Assembly (NCBI GenBank): GCA_041666725.1
Contig: JBAYGL010000001.1
Coordinates: 1-43,658, forward strand
Length of the DNA: 43,658 nucleotides
Direction: 5' to 3'
Source: Limisphaerales bacterium
Lineage (GTDB): Bacteria; Verrucomicrobiota; Verrucomicrobiia; Limisphaerales; SXTU01
Shown here piece after piece: positions 25,090-34,580 of the stretch (the stretch's first letter is position 1; the number at the start of each line of letters is the position of its first letter). The notes beneath the pieces are model-generated. The model was not told the origin of the DNA and made no database searches. It saw nothing but the letters and a program-made list of their open reading frames with translations. The translations under genes and the position numbers were made by a program.

Positions 25090-26991
25090 ATGAAACAAAA
25101 GAAACTCGAAACGCTGCTCTACTCCGCCGCCGGCATTGCCGCCATGGCGCTCATCCTTGTGGCCGTGAACTACATCGCTGCGACGTTCCGGTCGCGCGTG
25201 GACCTCACCGCCGACAAGCTCTACACGCTCTCCGACGGCACCAAGAAAATCGTCGGCAAGCTGGATACGAAGGTCAAAATCCGCCTCTACTACTCGCAGC
25301 GCGACAATGCGATGCCGGTCTTCCTCAAGACCTACGCGCAGCGCGTCGAGGATCTGCTCACCGAGCTGCGCCAGCAGTCCAAGTTCATCGAGATAGAGAA
25401 GCTCGACCCGCAGCCGGACTCCGATGCCGAGGACTCCGCGAACCTCGACGGCGTCGAAGGCCAGCCCACGCAGACGGGCGAGAAGATTTACCTCGGCATC
25501 TCCATCAACTGCCTCGACCAGAAGGTCGCGCTGCCGTTCCTCTCGCCGGAGCGCGAGAAGCTGCTGGAGTATGACCTCGCCCGCGCCATCGCGCGCGTCG
25601 CGAACCCGACCAAGGCCGTCGTCGGCGTGATGAGCGCGCTCCCCATTTTCGGAACGCCGATGAATCCCATGATGATGCGGATGGGCCAGCAGGGTGGCCA
25701 GCAGCCCGCGTGGTATCTCGTCAGCGAGTTGAAAAACGACTTCGACGTGAAGCAGATCGAGATGAACGCCACCGAGATTCCGGCGGATGTGAAGGTGCTG
25801 CTCGTCGTCCACCCGCGCGACATCACGGACGCGACGCAGTTCGCGATTGACCAGTTCGTGCTGCGCGGCGGCAAGCTCATCGCCTATCTCGACCCCGTTT
25901 CCTATGTGGACCAGCAGCGGCAGGGCGGCAACCCGATGATGGGTGGCGGCCCGCCGACGAGTTCCTCGCTGGACAAGCTGCTTTCTGCGTGGGGCATCGG
26001 CTTCGACAAGACCAAGTGCGTCGCGGACATGAAGTATTCCACGCGCATGGGCCGCGGCCAGCGGGTGGAGCAGCAGCCCGCCGTGCTCTCGCTCACCGCT
26101 GATGCGATTGACCGCAACGACATCGCCGCGAGCCAGGTGGACAGCCTGATGGTGGGCTTCGGCGGCGCGTTCACCGGTTCGCCGGTCGAGGGTTTGAAGA
26201 AGACCGACCTCATCAAGTCCACGACGCAATCGCAGCTCGTCGAGGGGTTCCTCGCACAGATGTCCGGCGAGGCCATCGTGAAGGACTTCAAGCCCAGCAG
26301 CACGGAATACGCGCTGGCCATCAAGCTCAGCGGCAAGTTCAAGACCGCGTTCCCCAACGGCAGGCCCGATGCCCCGCCCGCGCCCGGCGAGGAGAAGAAG
26401 GACGCGCCGAAGGGCGACGCGCTCAAGGAATCCAAGGGGGACAACCACGTCATCCTGGTCGCCGACGCCGACATGCTCGCCGACCAGTTCTGCGTGCAGG
26501 TGCAGGACTTCTTCGGTCAGCGCGTGGTCATCCCGCGCAACGGCAACGTGAACCTTGCGCAGAACTTCGTGGAGCAGATGGCCGGCGACACCGCGCTGAT
26601 GAACACCCGCAGCCGGGCGATTGTGCAGCGGCAGTTCACCCGCGTGCGTGACATGCAGTTGAAGGCGGAAGATTCCTACCGCGCGAAAATCAAGGGTCTT
26701 GAAGACAGCCTCCAGGAGACGCAGAAGAAGCTGAACGACCTCCAGCGCAACAAGGAAAAGGGCCAGCGCTTCGTGCTCTCGCCCGAGCAGCAGAAGGAGC
26801 TGGAGAACTTCCGCAAGCAGGAGGCGAGCGTGAAGGTCGAGCTGAAGCTGCTCCGCCGCGATTTGCGCCAGGAAGTTGAATCCATGGAGAACCGGCTCAA
26901 GTGGATGAACATCGCCGGGATGCCGTTCCTCGTGACCATCGGCGGCATCGGCCTGGCCGTCTTCAAACGCAAACGCACGGCGGCCCGATGA
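25090..26991 (+). CDS. GldG-family ABC-transporter auxiliary protein
   Basis: N-terminal TM, a large extracytoplasmic domain, a C-terminal coiled-coil (KIKGLEDSLQETQKKLNDLQRNKE...) and a final TM (IAGMPFLVTIGGIGLAVF). The gene order ATPase-permease-GldG is typical of this family. Confidence 0.75.
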   Translation: MKQKKLETLLYSAAGIAAMALILVAVNYIAATFRSRVDLTADKLYTLSDGTKKIVGKLDTKVKIRLYYSQRDNAMPVFLKTYAQRVEDLLTELRQQSKFIEIEKLDPQPDSDAEDSANLDGVEGQPTQTGEKIYLGISINCLDQKVALPFLSPEREKLLEYDLARAIARVANPTKAVVGVMSALPIFGTPMNPMMMRMGQQGGQQPAWYLVSELKNDFDVKQIEMNATEIPADVKVLLVVHPRDITDATQFAIDQFVLRGGKLIAYLDPVSYVDQQRQGGNPMMGGGPPTSSSLDKLLSAWGIGFDKTKCVADMKYSTRMGRGQRVEQQPAVLSLTADAIDRNDIAASQVDSLMVGFGGAFTGSPVEGLKKTDLIKSTTQSQLVEGFLAQMSGEAIVKDFKPSSTEYALAIKLSGKFKTAFPNGRPDAPPAPGEEKKDAPKGDALKESKGDNHVILVADADMLADQFCVQVQDFFGQRVVIPRNGNVNLAQNFVEQMAGDTALMNTRSRAIVQRQFTRVRDMQLKAEDSYRAKIKGLEDSLQETQKKLNDLQRNKEKGQRFVLSPEQQKELENFRKQEASVKVELKLLRRDLRQEVESMENRLKWMNIAGMPFLVTIGGIGLAVFKRKRTAAR

Positions 26992-27001
26992 AGACCGGGA
27001 C

Positions 27002-27093
27002 GATTAAGATTAAGAGTAGGATTACGAGCAAGAAGCCAACGCTCGTAGTCACCGCTTCGGTTCTTAATCCTAATCTTACTCTTACTCTTAATC
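27002..27093. repeat. family E hexamer-periodic hairpin, copy 3
   Basis: gattaa|gattaa|gagtag|gattac|gagcaa... is complementary (about 28 of 33 positions) to 27061-27093 ttcttaatcctaatcttactcttactcttaatc. It fills the GldG / DUF4340 spacer. Confidence 0.85.
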
Positions 27094-27106
27094 CTCTTCT
27101 GAAATC

Positions 27107-28288
27107 ATGAACCGCAAGCAGTTCCTCATTCTCCTCGTGCTCGTGGCCGTCATCGGCGGCGCGGGCCTGCTCGTCAACAAGCAGCGCCAGGGCGACTGGC
27201 AGCAGTCCTCCTCCGGCGGCGGCCAGAAGCTCGCCGGCTCGCTGGACGTGAACGCCGTCGCCAGCGTCAGCATCAAGTCCGGCGCGGGCGGACTCACCCT
27301 CGCCAAGCAGGGCGATGCGTGGGTGGTGAAGGAGCGCGGCGATTACGCGGCCAACTTCGGCACCATCGCCGACCTCATCCGCAAGTTCGCCGACGTGAAG
27401 GCCGTGCAGACCGAGCAGGTCGGCGCATCCCAGTATGCGCGCCTTGAGTTGCAGGCTCCCGGCGACGGCGAAGGCAAAGGCACGCTCGTCGAGTTGAAGG
27501 GCAAGGATGGGAAGGCGCTCAAGTCCGTCGTGCTCGGCAAGAAGCAGACGAAGAAGTCCGAGGGCGGGCCGTTCGGTGGCGGGGACTTCCCCGTGGGCCG
27601 CTGGGTGCGCGACACTGCGAGCAAGGACACCGTCATCGTGACCAGCGAGCAGTTCGCGGACGCCGAGCCGAAGCCGGAGAACTGGCTGGAGAAGGATTTC
27701 CTGAAGGTCGAGAAGCTCAAGTCCGTGGCGGTCAGCTACGCGACCAATGCCGCAAGCGGATGGAAGGTCACGCGCGAAACCGAAGGCGCGGAGTGGAAAC
27801 TCGCCGGCCTCAAGCCCAACGAGCAGGTGGACACGAACAAGCTCACCGCCATCGGCAGCCCGCTGAGCTCGCCGAGCTTCGCTGATGTGGTCGCCGCCCC
27901 GAAGCCGGACAAGCTCGGCCTCGACAAGCCCGCGACGCTCACGCTGGAGACGTTCGACGGCTTCACCTACACCGCGAAGGCCGGCATTGCGAGCGGCGAC
28001 AACTATCCCTTCACCATCGCCGTCGCCGGCAACTTCCCGAAGGCCCGCACGCCCGGCAAGGACGAGAAGCCTGAAGACAAAGACAAGCTGGACAAGGAAT
28101 TCGCCGAGTCGCAGAAGAAGCTTGCGGACAAGCTCGCCGCCGACTCGAAGTTCGCCAAATGGACCTACCTCGTTTCCAAATGGACCGTGGACAGCGTGCT
28201 CAAGACACGGGCCGAACTGTTGGTGGAGAAAAAAGAGGAGTCCAAGCCCGCCGAGCCGAAGGCCGAGTCGAAGCCGCAGGCCAAGTAA
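27107..28288 (+). CDS. DUF4340-like protein (N-terminal TM, usual partner of GldG-type systems)
   Basis: MNRKQFLILLVLVAVIGGAGLLV anchor, repeated beta-rich modules and a Lys/Glu/Pro-rich tail. The family assignment comes from recollection of this operon type. Confidence 0.6.
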   Translation: MNRKQFLILLVLVAVIGGAGLLVNKQRQGDWQQSSSGGGQKLAGSLDVNAVASVSIKSGAGGLTLAKQGDAWVVKERGDYAANFGTIADLIRKFADVKAVQTEQVGASQYARLELQAPGDGEGKGTLVELKGKDGKALKSVVLGKKQTKKSEGGPFGGGDFPVGRWVRDTASKDTVIVTSEQFADAEPKPENWLEKDFLKVEKLKSVAVSYATNAASGWKVTRETEGAEWKLAGLKPNEQVDTNKLTAIGSPLSSPSFADVVAAPKPDKLGLDKPATLTLETFDGFTYTAKAGIASGDNYPFTIAVAGNFPKARTPGKDEKPEDKDKLDKEFAESQKKLADKLAADSKFAKWTYLVSKWTVDSVLKTRAELLVEKKEESKPAEPKAESKPQAK

Positions 28289-28555
28289 CCGGCGCGGTTT
28301 TGCGGCGCGTCAGCGGACCCGGGCGATTGCCGGGACGCAGGCGACCACCACCAGGGTCGAAGCCGGCACTGCTTTTCCACAGAGATGCACGGTCTTTTGG
28401 GGTGATCCACGTCTCCCGCCTTCTCAGGCCACGTCCCGACACCCGCGAGAGTCTGCACGTCGCAAATTTCCGTTGCGCGGGCTGCTCGCTTGGGCTCAGG
28501 ATGCCGCTGCTTAGAACAGGCGTTGCCCTACCGCCCCGCTCGCCACGGAATCCTT

Positions 28556-30046
28556 ATGAAGCAGGAAAAGAAACCGACCCGTCGCGCCCCAAAAGGGCCC
28601 CTATCCACGTCCGTTGCCGTTGCCAAGCCCTCGCCGGAACCTCCTGCGAAGAGCAAGCGCATCGCCAAGACCGCCACGGAGGCGCAGCCCCAGGCCGCGC
28701 CCAAACCCGAGCTGGCCACCAAGGTCAGGCGGCCCGTGCGCGTCGCCGCCACGGCCATGAAGTCGAGGCGTCCCGCCGTTGCGCGCAAGACCCGCCAGCC
28801 CAAGCTTGAAATTCCCGCCGTGTTGCTCGCGGGTGACACCGCCGCCCAGGCCGGGGTGAGCGGTCCAGGCCAGCGTTACGCGTTGGGTCCCGCCACGCCG
28901 CCCGCGCACGCCGGCCCCGCCGAGGAGCGCGGCGAACTCCCCGAATCCTACGGCACGGCGAAAATCTGGCTCACCGCCCGCGATCCGCAGTGGCTCTACG
29001 CGCACTGGGATTTGACCGCGGCGCAGCAGCGCGAACACAACGCGGAATCCGATGACGGCCATCTGATCGTCCGCGTGTTCGAGAAGGAAATCCTCGGCGA
29101 GCCGGTCGTCACGCAGCACGTTCACCCGGAATCGAGGAACTGGTTCATCCACGTCGGGCGGGGCGGGACGAAGTTCGTTGCGCAGCTTGGTTATTTTGAC
29201 CGGCGGGAGCGGTGGCAGACCGTCGCCGTTTCCGCGGCCACCATCACGCCTCCGGACAGTGTGTCCGACGACGTGAGCGCCGAGTTCGCCACGCTGCCGG
29301 TGGAGATTCCCTTCGATCAGCTCGTCGAGATGGTCAAGACTGTCGTGAGCCAGCATGTGCCGTTGATGGAGGCGCTGGCGCAGTTGCGCGCCGAGGGACA
29401 CACAAACCTTCCCACGGCCGACACCTTCGCGCCGCCACGGGTCGGGCCGGTTGGCCGGTCCAAGGCAGCCGCATCCGCCACGCCCGCCGGTCCCGCTCCG
29501 GTCCCGGGTTGGACGCCGGAGCAGGCCCGGGCGCTCGCGGAAGTCGTCACGATGGATGAAGTGCGGCGCGTGTGGATTGGTTCGCTGGAAATCACCGAAC
29601 TCGTCCGCCGCCATCTGGTGAAACAACTCTCCGAGCAGGCCGCGGCGCAGCTCGCGGCCGGCCAGGGTTCGCTCGGGCCCGGATCGCCCAGCAGCCCGTT
29701 TGGCGCGTTGGGCAGCCTGTCCGGACCCATCGCCGGCGGGGAGAAGGCGCGCGGTTTCTGGTTCAACGTGAACGCGGAACTGATCATTTACGGCGCGACC
29801 GAACCCGATGCCACGGTGACCATCGGCGGACGCCGCATTCGTTTGCGGCCCGACGGCACATTCGGTTACCGCTTCGCGCTTCCGGACGGGAAGTTTGACC
29901 TGCCGGCCATCGCCACGTCCGCCGCGGGTGATGACACCCGTGCCGCTGAACTGAGCTTCCGCCGCCGGACATCCTACCACGGGGATGTGGGGGCTCACCC
30001 GCAGGACCCGGGTCTCAAGCCCCCGGTCTCCGAGCACCTGGCCTGA
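28556..30046 (+). CDS. DUF4912-like protein
   Basis: I prefer the ATG at 28556 (the track start at 28490 is TTG). Basic and Pro-rich N-terminus, then LPESYGTAKIWLTARDPQWLYAHWDL, which matches my recollection of the DUF4912 signature. Confidence 0.55.
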   Translation: MKQEKKPTRRAPKGPLSTSVAVAKPSPEPPAKSKRIAKTATEAQPQAAPKPELATKVRRPVRVAATAMKSRRPAVARKTRQPKLEIPAVLLAGDTAAQAGVSGPGQRYALGPATPPAHAGPAEERGELPESYGTAKIWLTARDPQWLYAHWDLTAAQQREHNAESDDGHLIVRVFEKEILGEPVVTQHVHPESRNWFIHVGRGGTKFVAQLGYFDRRERWQTVAVSAATITPPDSVSDDVSAEFATLPVEIPFDQLVEMVKTVVSQHVPLMEALAQLRAEGHTNLPTADTFAPPRVGPVGRSKAAASATPAGPAPVPGWTPEQARALAEVVTMDEVRRVWIGSLEITELVRRHLVKQLSEQAAAQLAAGQGSLGPGSPSSPFGALGSLSGPIAGGEKARGFWFNVNAELIIYGATEPDATVTIGGRRIRLRPDGTFGYRFALPDGKFDLPAIATSAAGDDTRAAELSFRRRTSYHGDVGAHPQDPGLKPPVSEHLA

Positions 30047-30143
30047 GGCCTGGGGTGGGTTTTTCATTGAGACGCGGGGCAGGATTCGTTATCACGGTGC
30101 ATCGCCCTCGCTGCGGCTGGGCAACGCGCACACTTACCGGATC

Positions 30144-30419
30144 ATGAAAGACATCCTGCAACGCTTCAGTCTGGACAGCGTAAAGATCAACAGCCAGACG
30201 ATCAGCATCGCGGTGCTGCTGTATATCGTCGTGCTGGGCTGCACGATCTGGAGCATCAACCTCCAGCCGTTCAACAAGAAGGAAAAGTCCTTCTGGACCC
30301 TCATCGTCGTCTGCCTGGGTCCTTTCGGCATCCTCTTCTACCTCCCGACAGCCTGGCGGAATGCAGCCACGGGCTCGCTGTCCTTCTGGCGCAGGCCCAA
30401 GCGGGGCCGGCCGCAATAA
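30144..30419 (+). CDS. small membrane protein with PLDc_N-like (cardiolipin synthase N-terminal) motif
   Basis: ATG at 30144. Two TM helices. FWTLIVVCLGPFGILFYLP resembles the PLDc_N motif. It is visibly more A/T-rich than its surroundings. Confidence 0.6.
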   Translation: MKDILQRFSLDSVKINSQTISIAVLLYIVVLGCTIWSINLQPFNKKEKSFWTLIVVCLGPFGILFYLPTAWRNAATGSLSFWRRPKRGRPQ

Positions 30420-30439
30420 CTCCGCCGCGCGCCCCTCAC

Positions 30440-32104
30440 ATGCGTCTCTCCAAGCGCCGCTGGAAGGCCCTGCTGGGCGGCGCGCTTGCACTGGTGGGCG
30501 CCGCCTCGGCCCGTGCTCAGTTTTCCAGCCAGACCACGGGCACGGCCAATCCGACGTTCCGGCCCGGCGGTTTGCGCGAGGGCCTGACGACCACCTCGCT
30601 GAATGAGAAAGCCGACGCCGAGCTGGGCGGGGCCGGAACGGTGGAGTCCAGCCTGGTGCGCGACGCGGAGGCGGCGCAGCAGTCCTTCTTCCGAACTTTT
30701 CAGGACGGCATCGTGCGAATCCCCAAGCTGGGCTACGGCCAGGGGCAGTTCCGTGTGGCGGCACCGTTGGGTCCGACGGCCGGGCTGCCGCTCTTCGGTT
30801 TCGCCGGCAAGCCGGAGGATGCCGAGTTCAAGCTGGGCAACTTCTACCTCGATGTTTTTTCCCTGAGCGCGTCGGCGCTGGTCAGCGACAACATCAATCT
30901 GGTCGAGGTCGGCAGGAAGACCGATGTGATCGCCGTGGTGAGGTTGCAGGCCGGGGTGATCTTCCAGATCAACGAGGCCATGCGGCTCTCCGCCGCCGGC
31001 ACGGCGGTGTGGCTGCCGTTGAAGGATGAAATCGGTTTCACCGATCCGTTGGCGGATTACGCCTTCAGCCTGGCGCCGATTTTCCAGTCGCAGTTCACCT
31101 ACGACATTCCGTTCAACAAGGTGGATTTCCAGGTGGTGGAGGATTTCACGGTGCAGAGCGGCGGGTTTGGCACGGGGCGCGCCTTCGATTTGCTGGACCG
31201 CCAGGCCAACGGTCTGGAGGACACCGCGGGCCGCTACTCCTACCGGGACACGCAGTCGCAGGGGCCGACGGACCGCCGCTTCCGCTCCTCGCCGTCCTTC
31301 CGAAACCAGCTCGGCGTGAATGCCAGCACGCTGCTGCCCACGGTGACACGGCTGACGTTTGGCTACTCGCACGAAAACATCTGGCAGGCGCGCGACAGCC
31401 TGGGGCAGCAGAGCAGTTCCGATTCGTTCACCGGCGAACTGCGCTCCGAGCGGGAGAACCAGCGCTTCAAGCCGTTCTTCAGCTACAACGCCCGCCACCA
31501 GAACAACCGGTTTGGTTACGATTCCTCGGCGCGGGGCGGTTTCACCGGGCCCATTACGCCCTATCTCGATCTGCGCGCCGACATGGGCTACTACCTTGCA
31601 GGAGACGAAACGGGCGAGGGCTACACCTGGAACGTGGGGCTGCTGCACCGGCCTCGTGAGCGCTTTGAACACGATTTGAGCTACCAGCGATCCATCACCT
31701 ACCCGGATCGCTCGCTGCTGACCCTGGTCGGCTACCATGCGCAGCTTCAGGCCAGCCCGGACATCATCCTGGAGGCCGCCGCCCAGGAGCAGAACATCGA
31801 GCCGGTGGACAACCCGAACAATTCTTTCGGCGGCAAGCAATTCCGAACGGAGGGCCGCCTCAGCTACCGGGTGCTTGACCGCATCGTGTCCCGGCTTGGA
31901 TATGCGTGGACGCACAGCGTGGGCCGGGCCGGGGCTCCGACGCTGCGTTTCGACATGCACACGATCCGCTGGGAGCTGGTGATCGCGCATACGACCACCT
32001 TCGAGTCGTCATTTCTCTACCAGCACGAAATTCGCGATTCGAACCGTTTGCTGGACAGTTATGTGGAAAACGTCGCCTCGCTCACGCTGACGCGGAAGTT
32101 TTAG
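30440..32104 (+). CDS. putative outer-membrane beta-barrel protein of the polysaccharide export locus
   Basis: Signal peptide (ALLGGALALVGAASARAQ), alternating aromatic/polar beta-strand pattern throughout, and a C-terminal ...SLTLTRKF. Confidence 0.65.
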   Translation: MRLSKRRWKALLGGALALVGAASARAQFSSQTTGTANPTFRPGGLREGLTTTSLNEKADAELGGAGTVESSLVRDAEAAQQSFFRTFQDGIVRIPKLGYGQGQFRVAAPLGPTAGLPLFGFAGKPEDAEFKLGNFYLDVFSLSASALVSDNINLVEVGRKTDVIAVVRLQAGVIFQINEAMRLSAAGTAVWLPLKDEIGFTDPLADYAFSLAPIFQSQFTYDIPFNKVDFQVVEDFTVQSGGFGTGRAFDLLDRQANGLEDTAGRYSYRDTQSQGPTDRRFRSSPSFRNQLGVNASTLLPTVTRLTFGYSHENIWQARDSLGQQSSSDSFTGELRSERENQRFKPFFSYNARHQNNRFGYDSSARGGFTGPITPYLDLRADMGYYLAGDETGEGYTWNVGLLHRPRERFEHDLSYQRSITYPDRSLLTLVGYHAQLQASPDIILEAAAQEQNIEPVDNPNNSFGGKQFRTEGRLSYRVLDRIVSRLGYAWTHSVGRAGAPTLRFDMHTIRWELVIAHTTTFESSFLYQHEIRDSNRLLDSYVENVASLTLTRKF

Positions 32105-32229
32105 CCGGAGCGAACGAAGGTGCGGCCAAAAATGTTTTTGCCAACCGGCCCTATTCTGTGGCATGAAGCGCGGCAACTTGAGCTAACCCGGAATCCAGAA
32201 GCGCTTTGGACCGTGGCGGGCTCGCAACA

Positions 32230-34545
32230 ATGACCAGTCAAACCTTGCGCGCGGCGTGTGCACTGACACTCCTTCTCTCGGCCCATGTCTGGCTGGGGGC
32301 GGCCGAGCCGTCCCCGTCGCCGGCGCAGGTGGAAACGGTTCGCCGGCAGTATTTTCAAGCGCTCCAGAAAGGTGACTTCGCCGCTGCTGACCGTTACGAC
32401 AACGAGTTGAAGGCTTTGGAAGCGCGGCTGGGCGCGGTGGGTGGGAGCGCCTCCGGCGCAAGCGGCGGGGCGCCTGTTCCAACTTTCTTTTCCGCGCCGC
32501 CCGGCAGCGCGGCGTCAGCTCCTGCGGCCACTTCCTCCGTCTTTGCTCCGCCGGGTGTCACTGCCACGACCATCGCCCCGCCGGCTTTTTCGTCTGCTCC
32601 GAAATACCCGCCCGCTCCAAAGACTGCCGTTCCCACCCCGGTGCTGCCCTCCACCCGTGGCAACAATTCCGCTTTCTCTCCCGCTCCAGCCGCAGCCTCT
32701 TCGTTCACGCCCGCCGTCGATTCGCGTTCGACTTCCCCGGCCTTTGGTCTTCCCGCCGCCACTCCGCTGCCCGTGGAAGAGCCGCGCCCGGCGGACCTTC
32801 CGCCCGTGGTGATCGAGCTGCGCGCGGCGCAGGCCGAGCTGTCCAAGCTCGAGGAATTCCGCATGGCCGAAAGCCTCACCTCCCGCCGCAGCGCGACCAT
32901 GACGTTTGAGTCGCCCCGCGCCGGTTTGGTGTCTCCGCCCTCGGCCGTCATGGCACCGTCTTCGTTTTCTCCTGCCGCGAGCCCCGGCACCATGTCGGGT
33001 GACCCTTCCCGCCGGCTTGACGATCTCTCCCGCCGCAAGTCCGAGCTTCAGTCTGAAGCCGAGCAGCTGGCCCGGGGCAGCTCTGACTGGGAAACCCGTT
33101 ACGCCGCCGCGAAGGCGGAAGTCGCGCGTCTCGAAGCCGAGAACAAGGCCCGCGAACGCCTGCAGGGCATCCGCGCCGAAGTCTCCCGGCTGGACTCGGA
33201 CTCCGCGCGTCTGATGCAGGACACCGAGGCGGGGCGCGTTGATCAAAGCCGCCGGGCGCGGGAAGCGCTCTCGCTGGCCGGCCAGCCCGCCACCGTGACG
33301 GCGGTGGTGCGCGACAGGCCGGTGGTGGCGACCTCGGCTGATTCGATGTCCGCCGGTTCGGAGCGCAAGGGCCCGCCGCAGTTCCTGCCCGTGGGCACTT
33401 CCCGTCCGGCCACCATGATGGGCGGTGACGGCAACATTGTCCGCACCGGGCGTTCCGGCGGCGACGTGCTTGCCCTTCAGCGCGACTTGGACCGGCTTGA
33501 CGAGCGGCGGGAGATCATCCTCCGGGAGATTGACGAAGTGCAGCTCAAGTTCAACCTCGCCCAGCGCGAGATGGCCACGGCGGGCCGCACTGGCGTGCAG
33601 TCGGACATCGACCGTTGGAGCAGGGAAACCGGGGCGCTGGACTCGCGTTACAAGGCGGCCACGGCGGAACTCGCGCGGATTGACGCCGAGCGCTCGGGGA
33701 AGATTTCCGCGATGAAGGGAGCCGTGAGCGGCGGCGATCCCGACATGGTCAACCCCGGCGATTCCGTCCGCCTCATCGTGGCCGAGGACGATTCCTACAA
33801 CGCGATTTATCCGGTCAAGCGCGACGGCAACATCACCGTCAAGGGCGTGGGCCGCGTTCCCGTGGCGGGGAAGGGCATCATGGAGGCCGAGGCCGCCGTC
33901 AAGGCGATGCTGGAGGAGACGCAGCTGACCAAGGCCACGGTGACGCTTGAATTCGTCGGCGAGCGCCGGACCACCGGCGGCGATCCTCTTCCGTCCACCG
34001 ACCAGACCGTCATCATCTATCTCGCGGGCGAGTTCATCACGCCCGGCCCGCTCAAGATTCCCGAGGGCGTCGCCCCCACGCTCATCACCACGATCATCCG
34101 TTCCGGCGGCATCACCCCTTCCGGCGACCTCACGCGCACGAAGCTCCTGCGCATTGAGAACGGCCAGGGCGCGGTCGAGGAAGTCAACGTCGCCGCGATC
34201 CTCTCCGGCAACATCCCGCCCACGGACATCGCGCTGAACCCGGGCGACATCATCATGATCCCGGCCTTTGCGCCCGTGGTCTATGTGACCGGCAACGTGA
34301 ACAAGCCCGGCACGCTGCGCCTCTTCCAGGACGAGACCCTCACCGGCTACGCCGCGATCCTGCGCGCAGGCGGGTTTTCGCGTTTCGCCAACTTGAAGAA
34401 ATGCACCGTGGTCCGCGATCTGGGCAACGGCGAGAAGGTGCAGATGCCGCTCAACGTGAAGGAAATTCAGAAGGGCCTGGCTCCTGACATTGTCCTGCAG
34501 GGCAAGGACATCGTTGTCGTGCCGGAAAGCTTCTTCAGCTTCTGA
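32230..34545 (+). CDS. outer-membrane polysaccharide export (OPX/Wza-family) protein with ~500-aa N-terminal extension
   Basis: I prefer the ATG at 32230 (MTSQTLRAACALTLLLSAHVWLG). The C-terminal ~260 aa carry a Poly_export-like region (PGDSVRLIVAEDDSYNAIYPVKRDGNITVKGVGRVPVAGK) and SLBB-like regions (ALNPGDIIMIP, LQGKDIVVVP). The N-terminal part is Pro/Ala/Ser-rich and coiled-coil-like. Confidence 0.8.
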   Translation: MTSQTLRAACALTLLLSAHVWLGAAEPSPSPAQVETVRRQYFQALQKGDFAAADRYDNELKALEARLGAVGGSASGASGGAPVPTFFSAPPGSAASAPAATSSVFAPPGVTATTIAPPAFSSAPKYPPAPKTAVPTPVLPSTRGNNSAFSPAPAAASSFTPAVDSRSTSPAFGLPAATPLPVEEPRPADLPPVVIELRAAQAELSKLEEFRMAESLTSRRSATMTFESPRAGLVSPPSAVMAPSSFSPAASPGTMSGDPSRRLDDLSRRKSELQSEAEQLARGSSDWETRYAAAKAEVARLEAENKARERLQGIRAEVSRLDSDSARLMQDTEAGRVDQSRRAREALSLAGQPATVTAVVRDRPVVATSADSMSAGSERKGPPQFLPVGTSRPATMMGGDGNIVRTGRSGGDVLALQRDLDRLDERREIILREIDEVQLKFNLAQREMATAGRTGVQSDIDRWSRETGALDSRYKAATAELARIDAERSGKISAMKGAVSGGDPDMVNPGDSVRLIVAEDDSYNAIYPVKRDGNITVKGVGRVPVAGKGIMEAEAAVKAMLEETQLTKATVTLEFVGERRTTGGDPLPSTDQTVIIYLAGEFITPGPLKIPEGVAPTLITTIIRSGGITPSGDLTRTKLLRIENGQGAVEEVNVAAILSGNIPPTDIALNPGDIIMIPAFAPVVYVTGNVNKPGTLRLFQDETLTGYAAILRAGGFSRFANLKKCTVVRDLGNGEKVQMPLNVKEIQKGLAPDIVLQGKDIVVVPESFFSF

Positions 34546-34580
34546 CGGCCCGGTGGCGACGATGAAACAGTAACTGACCG

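Noticed and set aside
30040-30075. Possible terminator after the DUF4912 gene (ggcctgaggcc followed by tggggtgggttttt).
   Set aside because: The stem is only 4 bp. The T tract alone is insufficient.
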